64,000 nucleotides of DNA from Eledone cirrhosa (lineage: Eukaryota), in contig OZ024743.1 of the NCBI GenBank assembly GCA_964016885.1, positions 67,828,001 through 67,892,000 on the forward strand. Direction: 5' to 3'. The position numbers and the translations under genes are program-made. This document shows, in pieces, positions 43,023 through 56,993 of this stretch (position 1 is the stretch's first letter; every line of letters starts with the position of its first letter). The notes below the pieces were generated by a model that was not told the DNA's origin, did no database searches, and saw nothing but the letters and a program-made list of their open reading frames with translations.

Positions 43023-45272
43023 ATGCCAGCCATTTCATCCGCAGAGGTTCCCCCCGCCTCGTCCACTCCGCCCTCACTCGCGCCCGTGCTGTCCACCGCT
43101 CCACCACCGTCATCCCACGCCACCGCACACCCACCCACAGTCTCCCCTTCCACATCACCTACTACCCATCCACCCTACCCATCCACCGCACCATCCTCCG
43201 CCTCTTCCGACGCCTCCAGTCCGACTCCTCCACCTCCCAAATTTTCCCAGCCCCATCACTCCCCTCCTTCAAACGCGCACGCAATCCTCGTCCGCAGCTC
43301 CCTACCCACAACCCACGCTCTCTTCCCCCGCCGTTCTCTTCCCTGTTCCAGGCCTAGTTGCAACACCTGTCCCCACATAACCAACACCACCACCTTCCAG
43401 GGTCCCAACGGCCACTCTCTCTCTCTGTCCGGCACGCCTTCCGTTGCACCTCCTCCAACCTAGTCTATGGACTTCGCTGCACGGATTGTAGCGCAACCTA
43501 CTTCGGACAGACTGGACGTCGCCTGGCGGACCGTTTCACCGAACACCTCCGGGATATTCGTCTCGGCGGAAGTTCCCCCATCGCCCGCCACTTTGGCTCC
43601 ACTGGACATTCCGCGCCCCACCTCACAGTCTGTTGCCTACTCCAATGCCACGGAACAACCGCCACGCTCCTCAGGGTCGAACAACGCACCATCTTTACCC
43701 TATAGACCCTCACTCCTCACCCCTATTCATTTAGCCTTCGATCGCCCCCCCCCCCCCCGCCCCGCCCACAACATGTTCCCCACTAACACCACTAATACAC
43801 TCATCTATTTCACCGCCCACCCCACAACTAACAATACTAACACACCCACCGCCGACGACCCTCCCCCAAATAACAATACTAATATCCTTTTCTCCCTATC
43901 ACGCACAAACCCACCGGTACTACCACCACTAACTCTCACCCACACATCCACTCCCATCACCCCACAAATAATACCACTAACATTCCCCCGACACCTCGCA
44001 CACGACCCCCCCCCCACACACACATACACCCACTTATACCGCCCACTCTACACACCCTACCACCACTGACCCCCACTAACACACCCGCATTCAACCCTTT
44101 CCCCACCACCAGTATACTAACACCCACTAACACCCCCTTCTCCACACACACACACCAATACACTACACTCCCTCCACCGTCCCCCACACCTTTCTCTCCC
44201 TCTCCCCGCTCCACCTACACCCCTTCACACACACACACACACATCCCACTAACACCTCTACTAATACACCCCCCTCCCGCCGCACGACCCCCTCTCACTC
44301 CACCTTTCACACCTACCCATCCTTTCCCCTCTCCACCGTACCTCCGCACACACTGACACACCGACTTTCTCCACCTGCCATTCTCCTCTACTGCTGCTAT
44401 TCCTTGACCCTCTGACCACCTCTCCACACACACAGACACACAGACCTCTCCACCTGTCCTTCTCCTCTACCCTCCCTCTGCCTTGACCCTCTGACCATTT
44501 CCTGTTGCGCACGCACCCCACATTTCCCCTCTTCCGACCAACCCAACCACTGATTACACACATTGGACATCGCTCCCACGAATCAACTCCATCACAAGGA
44601 AAATATCCGGCACTCACCACACCCTCTACGGAACTACCTTAGGAACTTACCCACGTACATACACTCACAAACATATTTTTTCCCACACGCCACCTACATC
44701 CACAATACGTATAAACGCCACACACACACGTGCGTACCACCACATATTTACACACTCAGCCTCCAGAATCCCCTATATCTGACCCCTCCCCATCCACACG
44801 CGCACAGCCACACCGACCTACACCCCACCCCACACACATACCATTTCCTGAACATGGAACTTCGTTCTTCCCCCAACTCTCACATTCACATACACACACA
44901 CGTACACCTGCACACATACACCACCTTCAGCCCTCCCCGCTCGGACACCCCGCCTCCCTCTCCCCACTCCACCCGCCACCCCTAGACGCCCCACACCCTT
45001 CCACCACTTGTTTATCTTCATGTTTATTTTTATTTATATTATTTTTTATATTTATTTCCATTTGTACCTCTTCCACCGTTTCCTCTCGCCCCCTTTTTTC
45101 TAAATGTCTCTCCCCCACTCCCCTACAGACCCTTGGAACTCTCTTCCCACTTTTCGCCTGAAGAAGGGCTTATGCCCGAAACGTCGTTCCCCCTACACAC
45201 TCGCAAGAGCGTGAAACTAATAAACCTTTGCTTGTACTGCCTCTCTGTTTTGTTCCGGTTCCATTTTTTACT
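43023..45272 (+). mobile_element. 5'-truncated Neptune-type PLE (EN remnant ~43280-43705, long C/A-rich 3' UTR)
   Basis: LVRSSL..PCSRPSCNTCPHI zinc linker, then FRCTSSNLVYGLRC..C...YFGQTGRRLADRFTEH..PIARHF; HHR and AATAAA at the 3' end. Confidence 0.85.
45155..45188 (+). ncRNA. Minimal type I hammerhead ribozyme
   Basis: CUGAAGA-A-GGGC-UUAU-GCCC-GAAA-CG-UC; stem I is weak. Confidence 0.75.
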
Positions 45273-45282
45273 ATATATACAC

Positions 45283-45335
<53 letters not shown>

Positions 45336-45356
45336 TATACATATATATATATATAC

Positions 45357-45509
<153 letters not shown>

Positions 45510-45510
45510 T

Positions 45511-46075
45511 ATAATCAAGGTTTAGCAATAAGAAAAAGTTTGAAAATAAATTTCCAAAAATTCACTGTACTTACTATGGTTACCTTTACCGAATCGGTTT
45601 CGAGTCTCAAATATAAATGGACAGTCCTTACGGGCTTCCATTTAAAATTACGAACTGGCGCTATTCAAAATTGTTCCCGAGATAAGAATGAATGATGTGG
45701 AAGCAATTCTGTCCAGTGCCGTGTGCAAAGATAGAAGCAGAGGCAGGGAGGTCAATCTACTACCACTATGAATAGAAGCAGTCAAAACGACCACATTTTT
45801 TTCTCGACCAAGAGGAGTAAATAATAATAAATATATATCCCTACTAGCAAAAAGCGTATAGGGACACATGTATTGTCCAACCATATGCCAATGTGGTTCA
45901 ATGGCAGGTTAATAAATTAACGAGCCAGAACATATATAATCAAGGTTTAGCAAATAAGAAAAAGTTTCAAAATAAATTTCCAAAAATTCACTGTACTTAC
46001 TGTGGTCACCTTTACCGAATCGGTTTCGAGTCTCAAACATATATGGACAGTCCCTACGGGCTTCCATTGAAAAGA
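45511..46075 (-). mobile_element. Partial tandem element: ~135-bp direct repeats 425 bp apart, each with an HHR-like 3' half
   Basis: 45511-45645 matches 45936-46072; minus strand reads C-GAAA-CCGA-U-UCGG-UA-AAGGU; no CUGANGA found. Confidence 0.5.
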
Positions 46076-46309
46076 TAAACTCTCTCTCTCTATATATATA
46101 TATATTGACTTGTACATAATATATATAATATATAATATCCTATTTTATGAATGTGTTTAAAACTATGTGTGTGTGCCCGCATGTGAGTTTATGTGTATGC
46201 ACACCCACATACACACACATATATATTTCTTCTATATACTGTATGGTTTGTGTTGTTACTTCTGTTTACCTTCTACATATATAAATAAGCATATATATAT
46301 ATTTATAAT

Positions 46310-46458
<149 letters not shown>

Positions 46459-46459
46459 A

Positions 46460-46495
<36 letters not shown>

Positions 46496-46524
46496 ATCAA
46501 AAGATGGTTAAAAGAGTTCCATGT

Positions 46525-46593
46525 ATTTTATTATGCGCATTTCAAAAACAAATATCATCATGCAATAACATTTGTGTTTTCATCAGATACAAT
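46525..46593 (-). ncRNA. Type I hammerhead ribozyme (family B)
   Basis: Same fold as 3247-3315. Confidence 0.75.
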
Positions 46594-47556
46594 AGGAAGA
46601 CATGATCAGAAGATTAAAACACTTGTGGATAGTGCAGTTTTAAATCAACATATGAAAAGTAGTTTAAGATTGATGTGTGATATTGCGGAAACATTTTTTT
46701 AGGGGGGGGGTGGAAAGGATGAACAAGAGGAGGAGATGAGAGTAAAAAGTGGAGGGGGAATAGTATAATGAGGAAGGATGAGATAGGAGGAGAGATGCGT
46801 GATAGAGAGAGAGAGAGAGATATAGCTTTTATAACTGAGAAAAATATATTGTTTTACATAGAGAGGTTGAAAAACCGTTGGAAGATAATGTTTAAATTAA
46901 AAGAATTTGAAAATTAACGAAGAGAAAAATAATGTAAAGTTAAGGTTTGTATATTGAAGGGTTTAATAATATGTGCGATGAAAAGAAATTGTTAATATGT
47001 ATTAAGAATAATATTTAAGGGTTTAATAATATGTGCGATGGAAAGAAAATGTTAATTATGTATTAAGAATAATATTTAAGGGTTTAATAATATGTGCGAT
47101 CGAAAGAAAATGTTGATATGTATTATTAAAAAAAACAAAAGTAATGTAAGTAAGGATATATTGTGAGATGAGCATGAATAAGTTAGATGAAAGTGAGAAA
47201 AAAATAATGAATAGAGGATGAATAATCTAACGTAAAAAAAAATGTTTATGTTTACGAAGGATTTTTTTCAAGGTGATATAAAGTAAGAACATATTGTATT
47301 GTGTAATAATTGTTTCTATGTTAGGCACAGTGAGAAAAGGTACAGATTAGGGGTTAGAAATTAAAAGAAAAAGAAAGGAAAAGGAAAAGGAAGAAAGGGA
47401 AGTGATAAATAGGAGTGATATAGAATGTGTAATACGTATTATATAATGTATAATAAATAACTTTGAAATAAGGTAGAAAGATGGGTATATTTTTAAAGAA
47501 GTATATATATATATGTGCCTTTGAGAAAAGGATTCTGAATTGATAAAGTTGAGGAT

Positions 47557-49740
47557 ATTAGCGGTATACTTTATGGAAAGTTCTGTGGAATGTATGCAAG
47601 CAGAGAGAAACAAGTCAGTGCGTCTATTTATTATAGAATCTAAATTAGATATAATGGTAAATTGTTCATTTAGACAGAGATTGCAAGTCTTGGATAGAGA
47701 ACTGTTCAAGTATGAGGATGCAGAATAAACCTTTTTCCAAGAGATGTCATATTTAATATTTTTGTCTTTCAAGGACCATATGAGTTCTGAGAGAGCTGTG
47801 ATGGTTCTTTTAAGTTGGTATTTAAAAGACGAATGATGATTATAAAGACGAGCTTTAAAGGAGGTGGAAGTGGAGCCAAAATAGGTGAAGGAAATGGTGT
47901 CAGTTATAACTTTACGTTCGTAGATTAAGTTTTTATCAAGACAATGGTTGTTGAGAGGACATTTAATTTTAGCAGGGCAATTGCAATTGCGATTAGAGAG
48001 ATTATTAACGAGTGACCTAGTGTTATCTATAGAAGGAATTGGATTGGAATAATAGTTTCTTGATGTAGAATGGGATTAAGAACATTTACCGAAGTTGTGT
48101 TTGACGTTGTATTAGAGTTTGCAGAAATTAGCTAGAGTTTACAATGACGTCGGGAGTACTATTACTATTATTATGATATTCAGTGTTGGAAGGAAGAGAT
48201 TTAGTATTTAGTATTTTATTGTTGTGTTTAGAGATAATGTTGGAAATGTTGGAGGATGTCGAATAGGAACATTTTATAGTGTGTTTGTTAAATATTTTAC
48301 TATAGATATGTAAGGGAGGGAAGCATTTATTTAAGGCACTAAAGAATAATTTAGGAATATTATTATTAATAGAGATGGAGAAAGGAGCATTATACCAGAT
48401 TATGTTTTTGTATCTAGGTCTTTTATTAATGTTATTGGAATGATCATGATTAATTATTCTACTGTAAGATCTTCTAGAATTTGTTTCTTTATTATATTTG
48501 ATTTTATCAGGATAGCCGGCTTTAGAAAGCGCGTTATTATAGTAATTGGCGTTCGCATCAAATATGTTTTATTAGAAGAGAGGTTAATATTCTTTTTCCA
48601 ATATTACTAACTATAGCATTCTTAATATTAGTAGGGTGGTTAGATTTAAAATTAACATAATTTAGGTTCTCATTGTTTTTATGGTAAGGGTAATATAGGC
48701 CAGTTTCAAGATTAAGAGATACATCCAAGAAATTAGCTAGTTTGATGCTGTTATCAAATTCAATTTTTAGGTTATGTTGGTTAAAGAGATTACGTATATT
48801 GTTCTTAATAATATTAAGGTTAACTATGTTGCAATTTAAGATAGTAAAGAGTCCATCGTCACGATAAATTCCACCGCGAAGTTGAGGAATTTTCCGACTC
48901 AAAGAGTTCAAAATAAAGATACCAATTAAATCTGTCAATTGGGATGAATCGGATGCTCCCATTGTGATGTCGAAGTTGTTAGAGGTATCAGCTCTGGTCC
49001 AATATTCATTGTTGAACTCAAGGATAGTGTTACGTGCGGTGAGAATGATGTGAAGTTCATCTGTGGTGATGTCAGAATATTTAAATGCGAAAGATAGAGC
49101 ATTGTTGAGAAGTGAAGGCGAAATAGAAGAACAGTAGCTGGCAATATCAAATTGAACAAATTTTAGTTTGTTTTTATTATTCAATTTGTTGAACCAGCCA
49201 ATCACTTCAGAAGTACCAAACCATAAATTTAATTTCAAAGAAGAGCAATTAGAACGAACCTGTGGGATAATTCTATTCAAGATGGCTTTACTAACAACCC
49301 CCAGATCTGATTTAGAGGGGGCGATTAATCTAACAGGTAGTTCAGTGCGAAAATTGTTTTTGTGATCCTTGAGATTTATCCTCGGAGTTCTTGGGAGGAA
49401 TGGTTCGGTCTTTTTTCCGATGCCAAGTTTTGACATAATCTCAGAGGCTTCAAAGTTTATGGATTCTAAATTATCATGGTTGGTTTTACGATATTTTTTC
49501 ATAAGTTCCTTTAGGATAAGGTTGTTATAATTATGTTTTGTCAGAGTGGACTAAAACATATTTTGAGGAATTTAGGTTTGAAATTGTGTTCTTGAGATTT
49601 ACAAGGTGCGCTTGTCCTTTGTATGGGTATCTCTTGAATTTAAGATTTTTTTATAATATTTGTTAACTCTTCCTCGAATTGCACTAGATTTTTGTTGGAA
49701 GGAGGATTTCTTCTAGAATTAAATAGATGATCGAGGAAGT
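47557..49740 (-). pseudogene. Degraded Naiad-type RT-GIY-YIG ORF
   Basis: Motifs as listed for the element, with several frameshifts and deletions. Confidence 0.88.
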
Positions 49741-50297
49741 TATGTTCTTTTCTTTTTCTTTTAATTTCTAACCCCTAATCTGTACCTTTTCTCACTGTGC
49801 CTAACATAGAAACAATTATTACACAATACAATATGTTCTTACTTTATATCACCTTGAAAAAAATCCTTCGTAAACATAAACATTTTTTTGACGTTAGATT
49901 ATTCATCCTCTATTCATTATTTTTTTCTCACTTTCATCTAACTTATTCATGCTCATCTCACAATATATCCTTACTGACATTACTTTTCTTTTTATTAATA
50001 ATACATATCAACATTTTCTTTCCATCGCACATATTATTAAACCCTTAAATATTATTCTTAATACATATTAACATTTTCTTTCCATCGCACATATTATTAA
50101 ACCCTTAAATATTATTCTTAATACATATTAACAATTTCTTTTCATCGCACATATTATTAAACCCTTCAATATACAAACCTTAACTTTACATTATTTTTCT
50201 CTTCGTTAATTTTCAAATTCTTTTAATTTATACATTATCTTCCAACGGTTTTTCAACCTCTCTATGTAAAACAATATATTTTTCTCAGTTATAAAAG

Positions 50298-50335
<38 letters not shown>

Positions 50336-50549
50336 CGCATCTCTCCTCCTATCTCATCCTTCCTCATTATACTATTCCCCCTCCACTTTTTACTCTCATC
50401 TCCTCCTCATTTTCATCCTTTCCACCCCCCACCCCCCTCTCACAAATGTTTTTCCCCCAATATCACACATCAATCTAAAACTACTTTTCATATGTTGATT
50501 TAAAACTGCACTATCCACAAGTGTTTTAATCCTCTTATCATGTCTTCCT

Positions 50550-50618
50550 ATTTTATCTGATGAAAACACAAATGTTATTGCATGATGATATTTGTTTTTG
50601 AAATGCGCATAATAAAAT
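50550..50618 (+). ncRNA. Type I hammerhead ribozyme (family B, inverted arm)
   Basis: AUUUUAU-CUGAUGA..GAAA-UGCGCA-UA^AUAAAAU. Confidence 0.8.
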
Positions 50619-51032
50619 ACATGGAACTCTTTTAACCATCTTTTGATCCTATATATTATGTATACTCCAGTCCTACAAACTGTAGAGTTCTTCTTATCCG
50701 ATATCTGCATTGCTTTATTGTACTACAATAAAAGTCACCTCCTACATATATATATATATATAAATATGCACTCTGTTAAATATAAGATGAAATTTGTTAT
50801 CACTTTGAGCTCTTAATCCAGCACTTCACTCAGTAATGTGATATATAGGAAATAATTCATCAATGGAGGTAACTGTATTTGCTAGTGATTATGAATGTCT
50901 ATTTCGCCTTTAGTTCTGGATTGAATTTTTATTTTTTGTAAAATGTTGAATATATCTTTCTATGTTCTTTCTATGTCTCACTGATGCCCTCTTTTTCTCT
51001 CTCGCCGTCAGTCACTATTACAAGCGAATCTC

Positions 51033-51537
51033 CTTCATTTTTGGTCTGAGAGGCATTCGGCATTTTAATGGGAGTTGGCAATACCGCCGCTCCCGGTTAG
51101 TACCGGGTACCACAGCTGTGTTTGACTGTGTGTGTATATATCATATGTGTGTGACAGTGTGCAAACATTCGGTATATATATATATATATCGACAGTCGAT
51201 CGACTTTCGTCAAATCGTACCGAGGAAACAATGTTTCCATTGGTCTTTCCAATTGCTAATATTTTTTATCGGTCGCAACTCCAGGTAGAAAGAGCAACAT
51301 GAAGTAAAGTGTCTTGCCCAAGGACATAACGCATCGCCAGGTCAGGGAATCGAACTCACAACCTCACGATTGAGAGTTCAATATTTGTTTGTATTATTGT
51401 TTCGTAAATGAAATTGTCTTCGCTTTCGATTATCTTTCCTATATTTTGATTTCATTTTTGGTCTGAGAGGCATTCGGCATGTTAATGGGAGCTGGGAATA
51501 CCCCCGCTCCCGGGTAGTAACGGGTACCTCAGCTAGT
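51033..51537 (+). mobile_element. Two copies of a Helitron-like 3' end (51033-51116, 51450-51537) with a SINE S2 fragment between them
   Basis: Subterminal hairpin cccg-ggtagtaa-cggg followed ~10 nt later by CTAG|T; direct repeat of ~85 bp. Confidence 0.55.
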
Positions 51538-51571
51538 ATATATATATATATATAAATATATATATATAGGA

Positions 51572-51722
51572 AAAAGTCAGGACCCCGACAGCTGTCGAAA
51601 CAGTCTGAGCTCAGCCGTCGGTGTCTTGACTCTATTGCTATTACCGACGCTACTACCCTAAGTATCGTGTACTCTGGTGCGTTATAGCCTACCTGGTATC
51701 TTACCACACCTTCTTTACTTTA
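51572..51722 (+). mobile_element. Small fold-back remnant of the family C PLE end
   Basis: gtcgaaacagtctgagctcagccgtcgg plus tail match the reverse complement of 53500-53620; short inverted arm agtcaggaccccgac. Confidence 0.7.
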
Positions 51723-51725
51723 TAC

Positions 51726-51764
<39 letters not shown>

Positions 51765-52149
51765 AGTTAATGCTCCAAGTCAAATTTAGGTCTATTATTC
51801 TCATTCTCTCTGTTTTCTCTCTTTCTCTGTCTCTATACCTCTTTCATGATTCAACATATGATTTACACTCGATTGCAAAAGTTCACTTCCTCAATCTCTC
51901 TATCTGTTTCTGCTTCTCAGACCATTCTGAATGTCCCTCTGTTTATAAGAGCTTATATTTCAATCCAACCACAAGCTATTCACAATAGCATATGGGTGTT
52001 TTACAGCCATTTCCATGCTTCAGATTCCTACAAGTTTATGATAATGCTTACACAATTATTTCTCCAATTTATTCCTTGTCATGTTTACATGGTGACTGCC
52101 AACTCGTTTTCGAGTACGGCCAATATTTTATATCCATGTATTAGAACAC

Positions 52150-52240
52150 CTACAGATGCGCTGAACGAGTGTGACATTTTAGTCCAACCAGCGACTTGAA
52201 AACTCTGGTACAAACACTACACTTGTGACAATTATTGCTG
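52150..52240 (-). mobile_element. Possible RTE-like LINE C-terminal C2H2 finger remnant
   Basis: CSVCTRVFKSLVGLKCHTRSAH*. Confidence 0.4.
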
Positions 52241-52319
52241 GGCCCATGGTACCATGTGACGACAATTGCAGAGAGATCTCCACATATAAAGAAATGCCTG
52301 TGCCATGAAGCTTTTATAG

Positions 52320-53232
52320 TGAGCAAAGGCACTGCACAAAGCCAGTCCCACTCTCTTAACCAAGATGATATTTACCAAAAAGAAGAACAAGTCAACATCA
52401 TTGGATACCATCAGGTTTGCAGGTGTTATATCAGAGTTTTCTTTCTCCTAGAATTCTGCTTTGACAAAGGCTAAGGGGTCATCTCTCCCGGTGATTTTGG
52501 ATGGCCATTGACTCTTAAGAGCTCCCTTTCCTTTTGACAGGTTTTGTTTTTAGTCCTGCAGGATGTCCAAAGTCACCCTCCTCACCAAGAAACCTTGGTG
52601 GGGTTTCCAGTTTAGTCGCCAAGAGACAAGTTGTACTGGGATACATGTTACCAGTAGCACCAGTTTAGACCATGAGACAAGTTGTACTGGGATACATGTT
52701 ACCAGTAGCACCAACTGGTGACCTGACATATGCATGTTTACATACATACATATATACATGATGGCTGTCCCCTCGTTATCGAGTTGGCCATTGCACGATA
52801 TGTCATTATTAATCATTATTAATTAATTCAATCGTGCAATGCCTTTGCATGAAGATATTTTTTAAAGTGAGGAAATGCTGTGCACTGAGCCAAGCCCACT
52901 CTCTGAGCGACAGTAGCTATAACCCGAAAAGAAGAAAAGATCAACATCATCGGTAACTATTGAGCCGTAGGTTTTATATAAGAGTTATCCCAGATTCCTG
53001 AGTTGCCTTCTCCTAGAAGAATTCCCTGACAAATGCTAGGGCTCCTTCAGTCCAAGTGGTTTAACCGCGCGGTACATATATATATACATATTTACACACT
53101 TTCGGATGTTCGTTGACTCTTATGAGTTATTCCACCCTTAGTCATGTTTTGTTTTTTTCATGCAGGGTCTCCAGAATCACCCTCCTCACCAAGTAAAGAT
53201 GGTTGGGTTGCCGGTTTAGTCGCCGACGACCC
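52320..53232. repeat. Two diverged ~300-bp direct copies of an unclassified interspersed repeat
   Basis: Shared blocks gcactg..cccactctct..aaaagaagaa..tcaacatcat..ctcctagaa..ttgactctta.gag..tcaccctcctcaccaag..gtttagtcgcc. Confidence 0.6.
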
Positions 53233-53591
53233 GACCATGCGACAGGTTGTACTGGGTTACATACATACATAATACATACATACATACAAACATACATATA
53301 TATATGCCCTAAGTATCGAGTCCTCTGGTGCGTTATGGTCCACCTGGTTTCTTACTACACTTTCTTTGTTATATATATATATATATATATCTACGGTTCT
53401 TATATATTTGATATATATTTATCCTTATCGAGCCCTCTTTTGATTTAAGTCTTCAAATTTATTATTATTACTGTATATATATATATATATATATATATAA
53501 CGAAGGAAATGTGGTAAGGAACCAGGTGGACCATAACGCACCAGAGGACTCAATACTTAGGGTAGTAGAGTGGGTAATAGGAACGAGTAGG

Positions 53592-53687
53592 ACCCCGACG
53601 GCTGAGCTCAAGCCGTTTCGACGGCTAATTCTGGACTAAATGAAAATTGTTATCATGGTATATGAATAGCCGAGCTTCTCAGGGGGT
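53592..53687 (-). ncRNA. Hammerhead ribozyme variant (family C)
   Basis: Reverse complement of 56323-56418. Confidence 0.65.
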
Positions 53688-56322
53688 AATCCCATATATG
53701 GTAAAAGTGATTGTCACAAGGATTGGTCAAAAGTCTGTTGTTGAGACACATAATTCTATCATGGCAATTTGTGGAAGGAAGGAGTAGCTGAACGTGCCAG
53801 TACAAGAAAGAGGGAGAGGGGTTGGAGGTAACTCAGTCGTGCGTTGATAGTGCCAACTACAGCAGGGCATGAGGTCAAGGAAGTATACTAGGGAGGGGGA
53901 GGGGGAAGAGTCGAAAGAAAAAGTAAAACAATATGGGGTAAAAATATGGAAGAATACTGAGAATGTTAAAAAAAAAACAATTAAGTATAAAAAAAACAAA
54001 AACAATTACTGGTTACTATTCCCCAACGACAGCCATGAAGTCTCTCACTGGTACTGTTAGACTATAGAAAGGTTTACTAGGTGGGACGGAATTATAATAA
54101 GACCCTTTTAAGAGGTCGTAGTAATCAACCGAGTATATCTAACGGTGACGGGTCAACAAGTGTGTGGGGGGGGGGCAAAATACTAAAGAAACTACCACGA
54201 AATAATACGAAATAATTGTTTCTACCCTAGGCACAAGGCCAGCAACCACCCAGTGTAAAAAATAAACTAATACGAAATAATAAATCAGAATCCCGAAAAA
54301 GAATACTAATACTATCTCTAAGGGTGCCGCCACGATACAAAAATTCTAGTGCAAACTACATAAATGCTCGTACGAAGTATATGAAAAATTTGATACGGAA
54401 AATTAATTCAGAATATCCCCCCCCCCCAAAAAAAAAATACTGATATACGAGAAATTAAAGCAAAAATACCACTAAGAAATGTAGAAAGCACGGAAAAGGG
54501 GCGGCCATCGGATAAGAAAGCGTTTATCCGGGGTCTATCACATCTGCTATAAAAAGTGGAGTCGGCCAATTCTATCATAGAATAGGGGAATGGGGGGGGG
54601 GGTACTGAGGCTACAAAAGACCGAGGGGCTGCCTCGGGTGGGCGAGAAAGTGAAAAGGACGACGACAAAGAAAGAGGACTGGGGTGGAAGGACTAGGAAG
54701 GGATGGGGGAAGAGGCAAATATAGCGGAAGCGATAAAAAGCTATAAAAGAAGATCTTACGTCTACCTTTGCAAGCAGGGGTTACCCATTACAAAGTTGGC
54801 AAGTGGGGTGTTACAGCCCCTGTCTACCCCCCCCCCCCCCCGGGGCATTATGGGGTTTGAGGGCGAGGTAAATCCTACGCAATCTGTGTTTGCATGCAGT
54901 TACCAGTTGGTCCTTCTTGTTTAGGAGTTGGTCCGTCGAAAACAGCATTTGTAAAGATTCCTCCGAGCAAAAATTGCACGGACGGTGTCCTCCCGTGTAA
55001 GAGTTGGCTCTGGACAGTAAGCTCCAAGTGAGATCATAGGTAATATTGTTATCCTTGAGGTCCCAGATGTGGCCCGATAGTGTGGTGGCGTGGCGCGGGG
55101 CCGGGTTTCGGAAGGTATGACTGTGTTGGTATAGCCGTGTCTTGAAGTCACATGATGTTAATCCTATATAAGCTTTGTTGGAGGTGTCCGTCCTCACGTT
55201 GCACTGGTATATCACATTACGATCTCTGCATCTGTTGTCGAGGGGGCAAATGGATCCATCAGGACAGTTGCACCTCCTGGTAGGCTCTCCACTGCTATTT
55301 AAGTTATTTCTTCCATAGGGGTTGAGTTTTTTGTTGTTAGAGGAGACGATGTTTTGTGCAAAGTTTGGTGTGGTGCTGTAGGAGAGTTTCATGGTATTTT
55401 TGTTAATTATGTTGGGGTAGCGGTGTTGTAGTGGGCAGTGTTTTTCGTGAGCCTAAAGAAGATTTTCCCGATAGGAGTTGTCACCTCGGCGTTGTGGGGA
55501 GGATTGAACCATGTTACATTGCATGAGCGGCGGTGTCGCATGCTGGTTCCGCTAATGGAAGCTGGACAGTAGGATATTTCCTCCCGGAAACCACTCCGCT
55601 TGAGGGCCTGGTTGTAATAATGCGCATGTTCCTCGAATATCTGCTCATTAGCAGACAAACGAGATGTGCGGAGGGAGATGTTTTTAACCAGGTTATTGGT
55701 GATGTTCCTAGGATGGTTTGACCGGCGGTGGATGTATTGTAGGTTGTCGTTGGGTTTCCTGCATGGGTAGTACAGATCATTATCGAGGTCAAGGGTAACG
55801 TCCAGGAAGTTTACTCGGGTCAGGGACGTTTGTAGGGTTATTTTAAATCCCCAGTCGCGGAAGAAGCTGATTAATTGTTTACACGCCCGGTCTGTACTAC
55901 TGCCGTTGTACCCTTTAAGGGTAAGGAGCCCATCATCACGGCACAATCCACCGCCGAATGAAGGAAACATATCGGTGAGTTTAACTAGTAGGAATAATCC
56001 TATAAGATCCGTGACCTCAGCCGAATCCGTCGCGCCTATGCTGACGTCGAAAGGTGAGTCGGGAGCTCTTTTTATCCATTTGGAGTTGTCGAAGAGTAGG
56101 ACAGTCTTCCTGGCGTGGAGGATGATGTTTCTTTCCTGGTCGGTTATGGGCGCAAATGTTTCGGCAAAGTCCAAGGCAGCCGTAAGTAGCGGTAAGGTAA
56201 TTGAAGCATAGTAACTCTCTATGTCAAACTGGATGAATTTTGTGTCTCGTTTGTTCTCCATATTGCTGAACCATGACTTTTGACCAATCCTTGTGACAAT
56301 CACTTTTACCATATATGGAATT

Positions 56323-56418
56323 ACCCCCTGAGAAGCTCGGCTATTCATATAACAGGATAAAAATGTTCATTTAGTCCAGAATTAGCCGTCGAAACGGCTT
56401 GAGCTCAGCCGTCGGGGT
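56323..56418 (+). ncRNA. Hammerhead ribozyme variant (family C) with stable stem III and CUGAGAA core
   Basis: ACCCC-CUGAGAA-G..CGGCUA..UAGCCG.C-GAAA-CGGCU-UGAGCUC-AGCCG-UC^GGGGU. Confidence 0.65.
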
Positions 56419-56428
56419 CATACCCGTT

Positions 56429-56475
<47 letters not shown>

Positions 56476-56788
56476 TGCAGAGCTCTACTGGGGAAAGATT
56501 CCTACCGTGACTAATACCACTGAAAATCTTCGTGAAATAGTCTTTTTAAAACATTTGAAGTTTTTCCAAATTGAAGGATGAGTATTTAAATTTATTTTAT
56601 TCTGAATTAAGATCCTATTGGGTTTTTCCCTGGATTTCCCAAAATCTGTGGATAAAATGTCTTGATTTTTTTGAATTGAGTTTGAATTATTTTCCCATAT
56701 CTTACGTTAATTATTTTCCATTTTGACATTATAGTCAGTTATATATTATGAAATACTGTTGGCTTCTTGCTCACATTATTTTATATAT

Positions 56789-56826
<38 letters not shown>

Positions 56827-56895
56827 AAAAAGAGATGAAATCGAAAATGCAACCGAAGACTTATTTTTAAAAAAAATATATATATATATTTGGTT

Positions 56896-56933
56896 CCTTT
56901 ACCGGTTTCGCAGTTCTTCTGCTTTTCAAAAGG
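56896..56933 (-). ncRNA. Minimal hammerhead ribozyme, U3-A8 compensatory variant
   Basis: CCUU-UUGAAAA-GCAG-AAGAA-CUGC-GAAA-CCGG-UA^AAGG. Confidence 0.75.
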
Positions 56934-56993
56934 TGAGTTGAGATGGAGGGTCTGTGGTTTTTCTCACATATATATATATTAAGAACAGATTTC

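Larger units (their letters stand above)
46490..50746 (-). mobile_element. Naiad-type PLE (family B), 5'-truncated, with inverted pLTR 49745-50746
   Basis: RT 48558-49502 (KDHK, FDIASY, ITMGASDSSQLTDLIG, GIYRDD, FLDV, SNHP); EN ~47560-47990 (CNCPAKIKCPLNNHC, YFG); 49745-50655 is the reverse complement of 46490-47380. Confidence 0.93.
53499..56431 (-). mobile_element. 5'-truncated Naiad-type PLE (family C) with inverted arm 56275-56431
   Basis: RT (FDIESYYASI, IGATDSAEVTDLIGLF, GLCRDD, FLDV, SNHP, WFNPP) and EN (CNC..CPL..C, VIY..YIG, CNFC.EE); arm is the reverse complement of 53578-53734. Confidence 0.92.

Noticed and set aside
43700-45000. Pro/Thr/His-rich ORFs
   Set aside because: Low-complexity C/A-rich 3' UTR of the Neptune-type element
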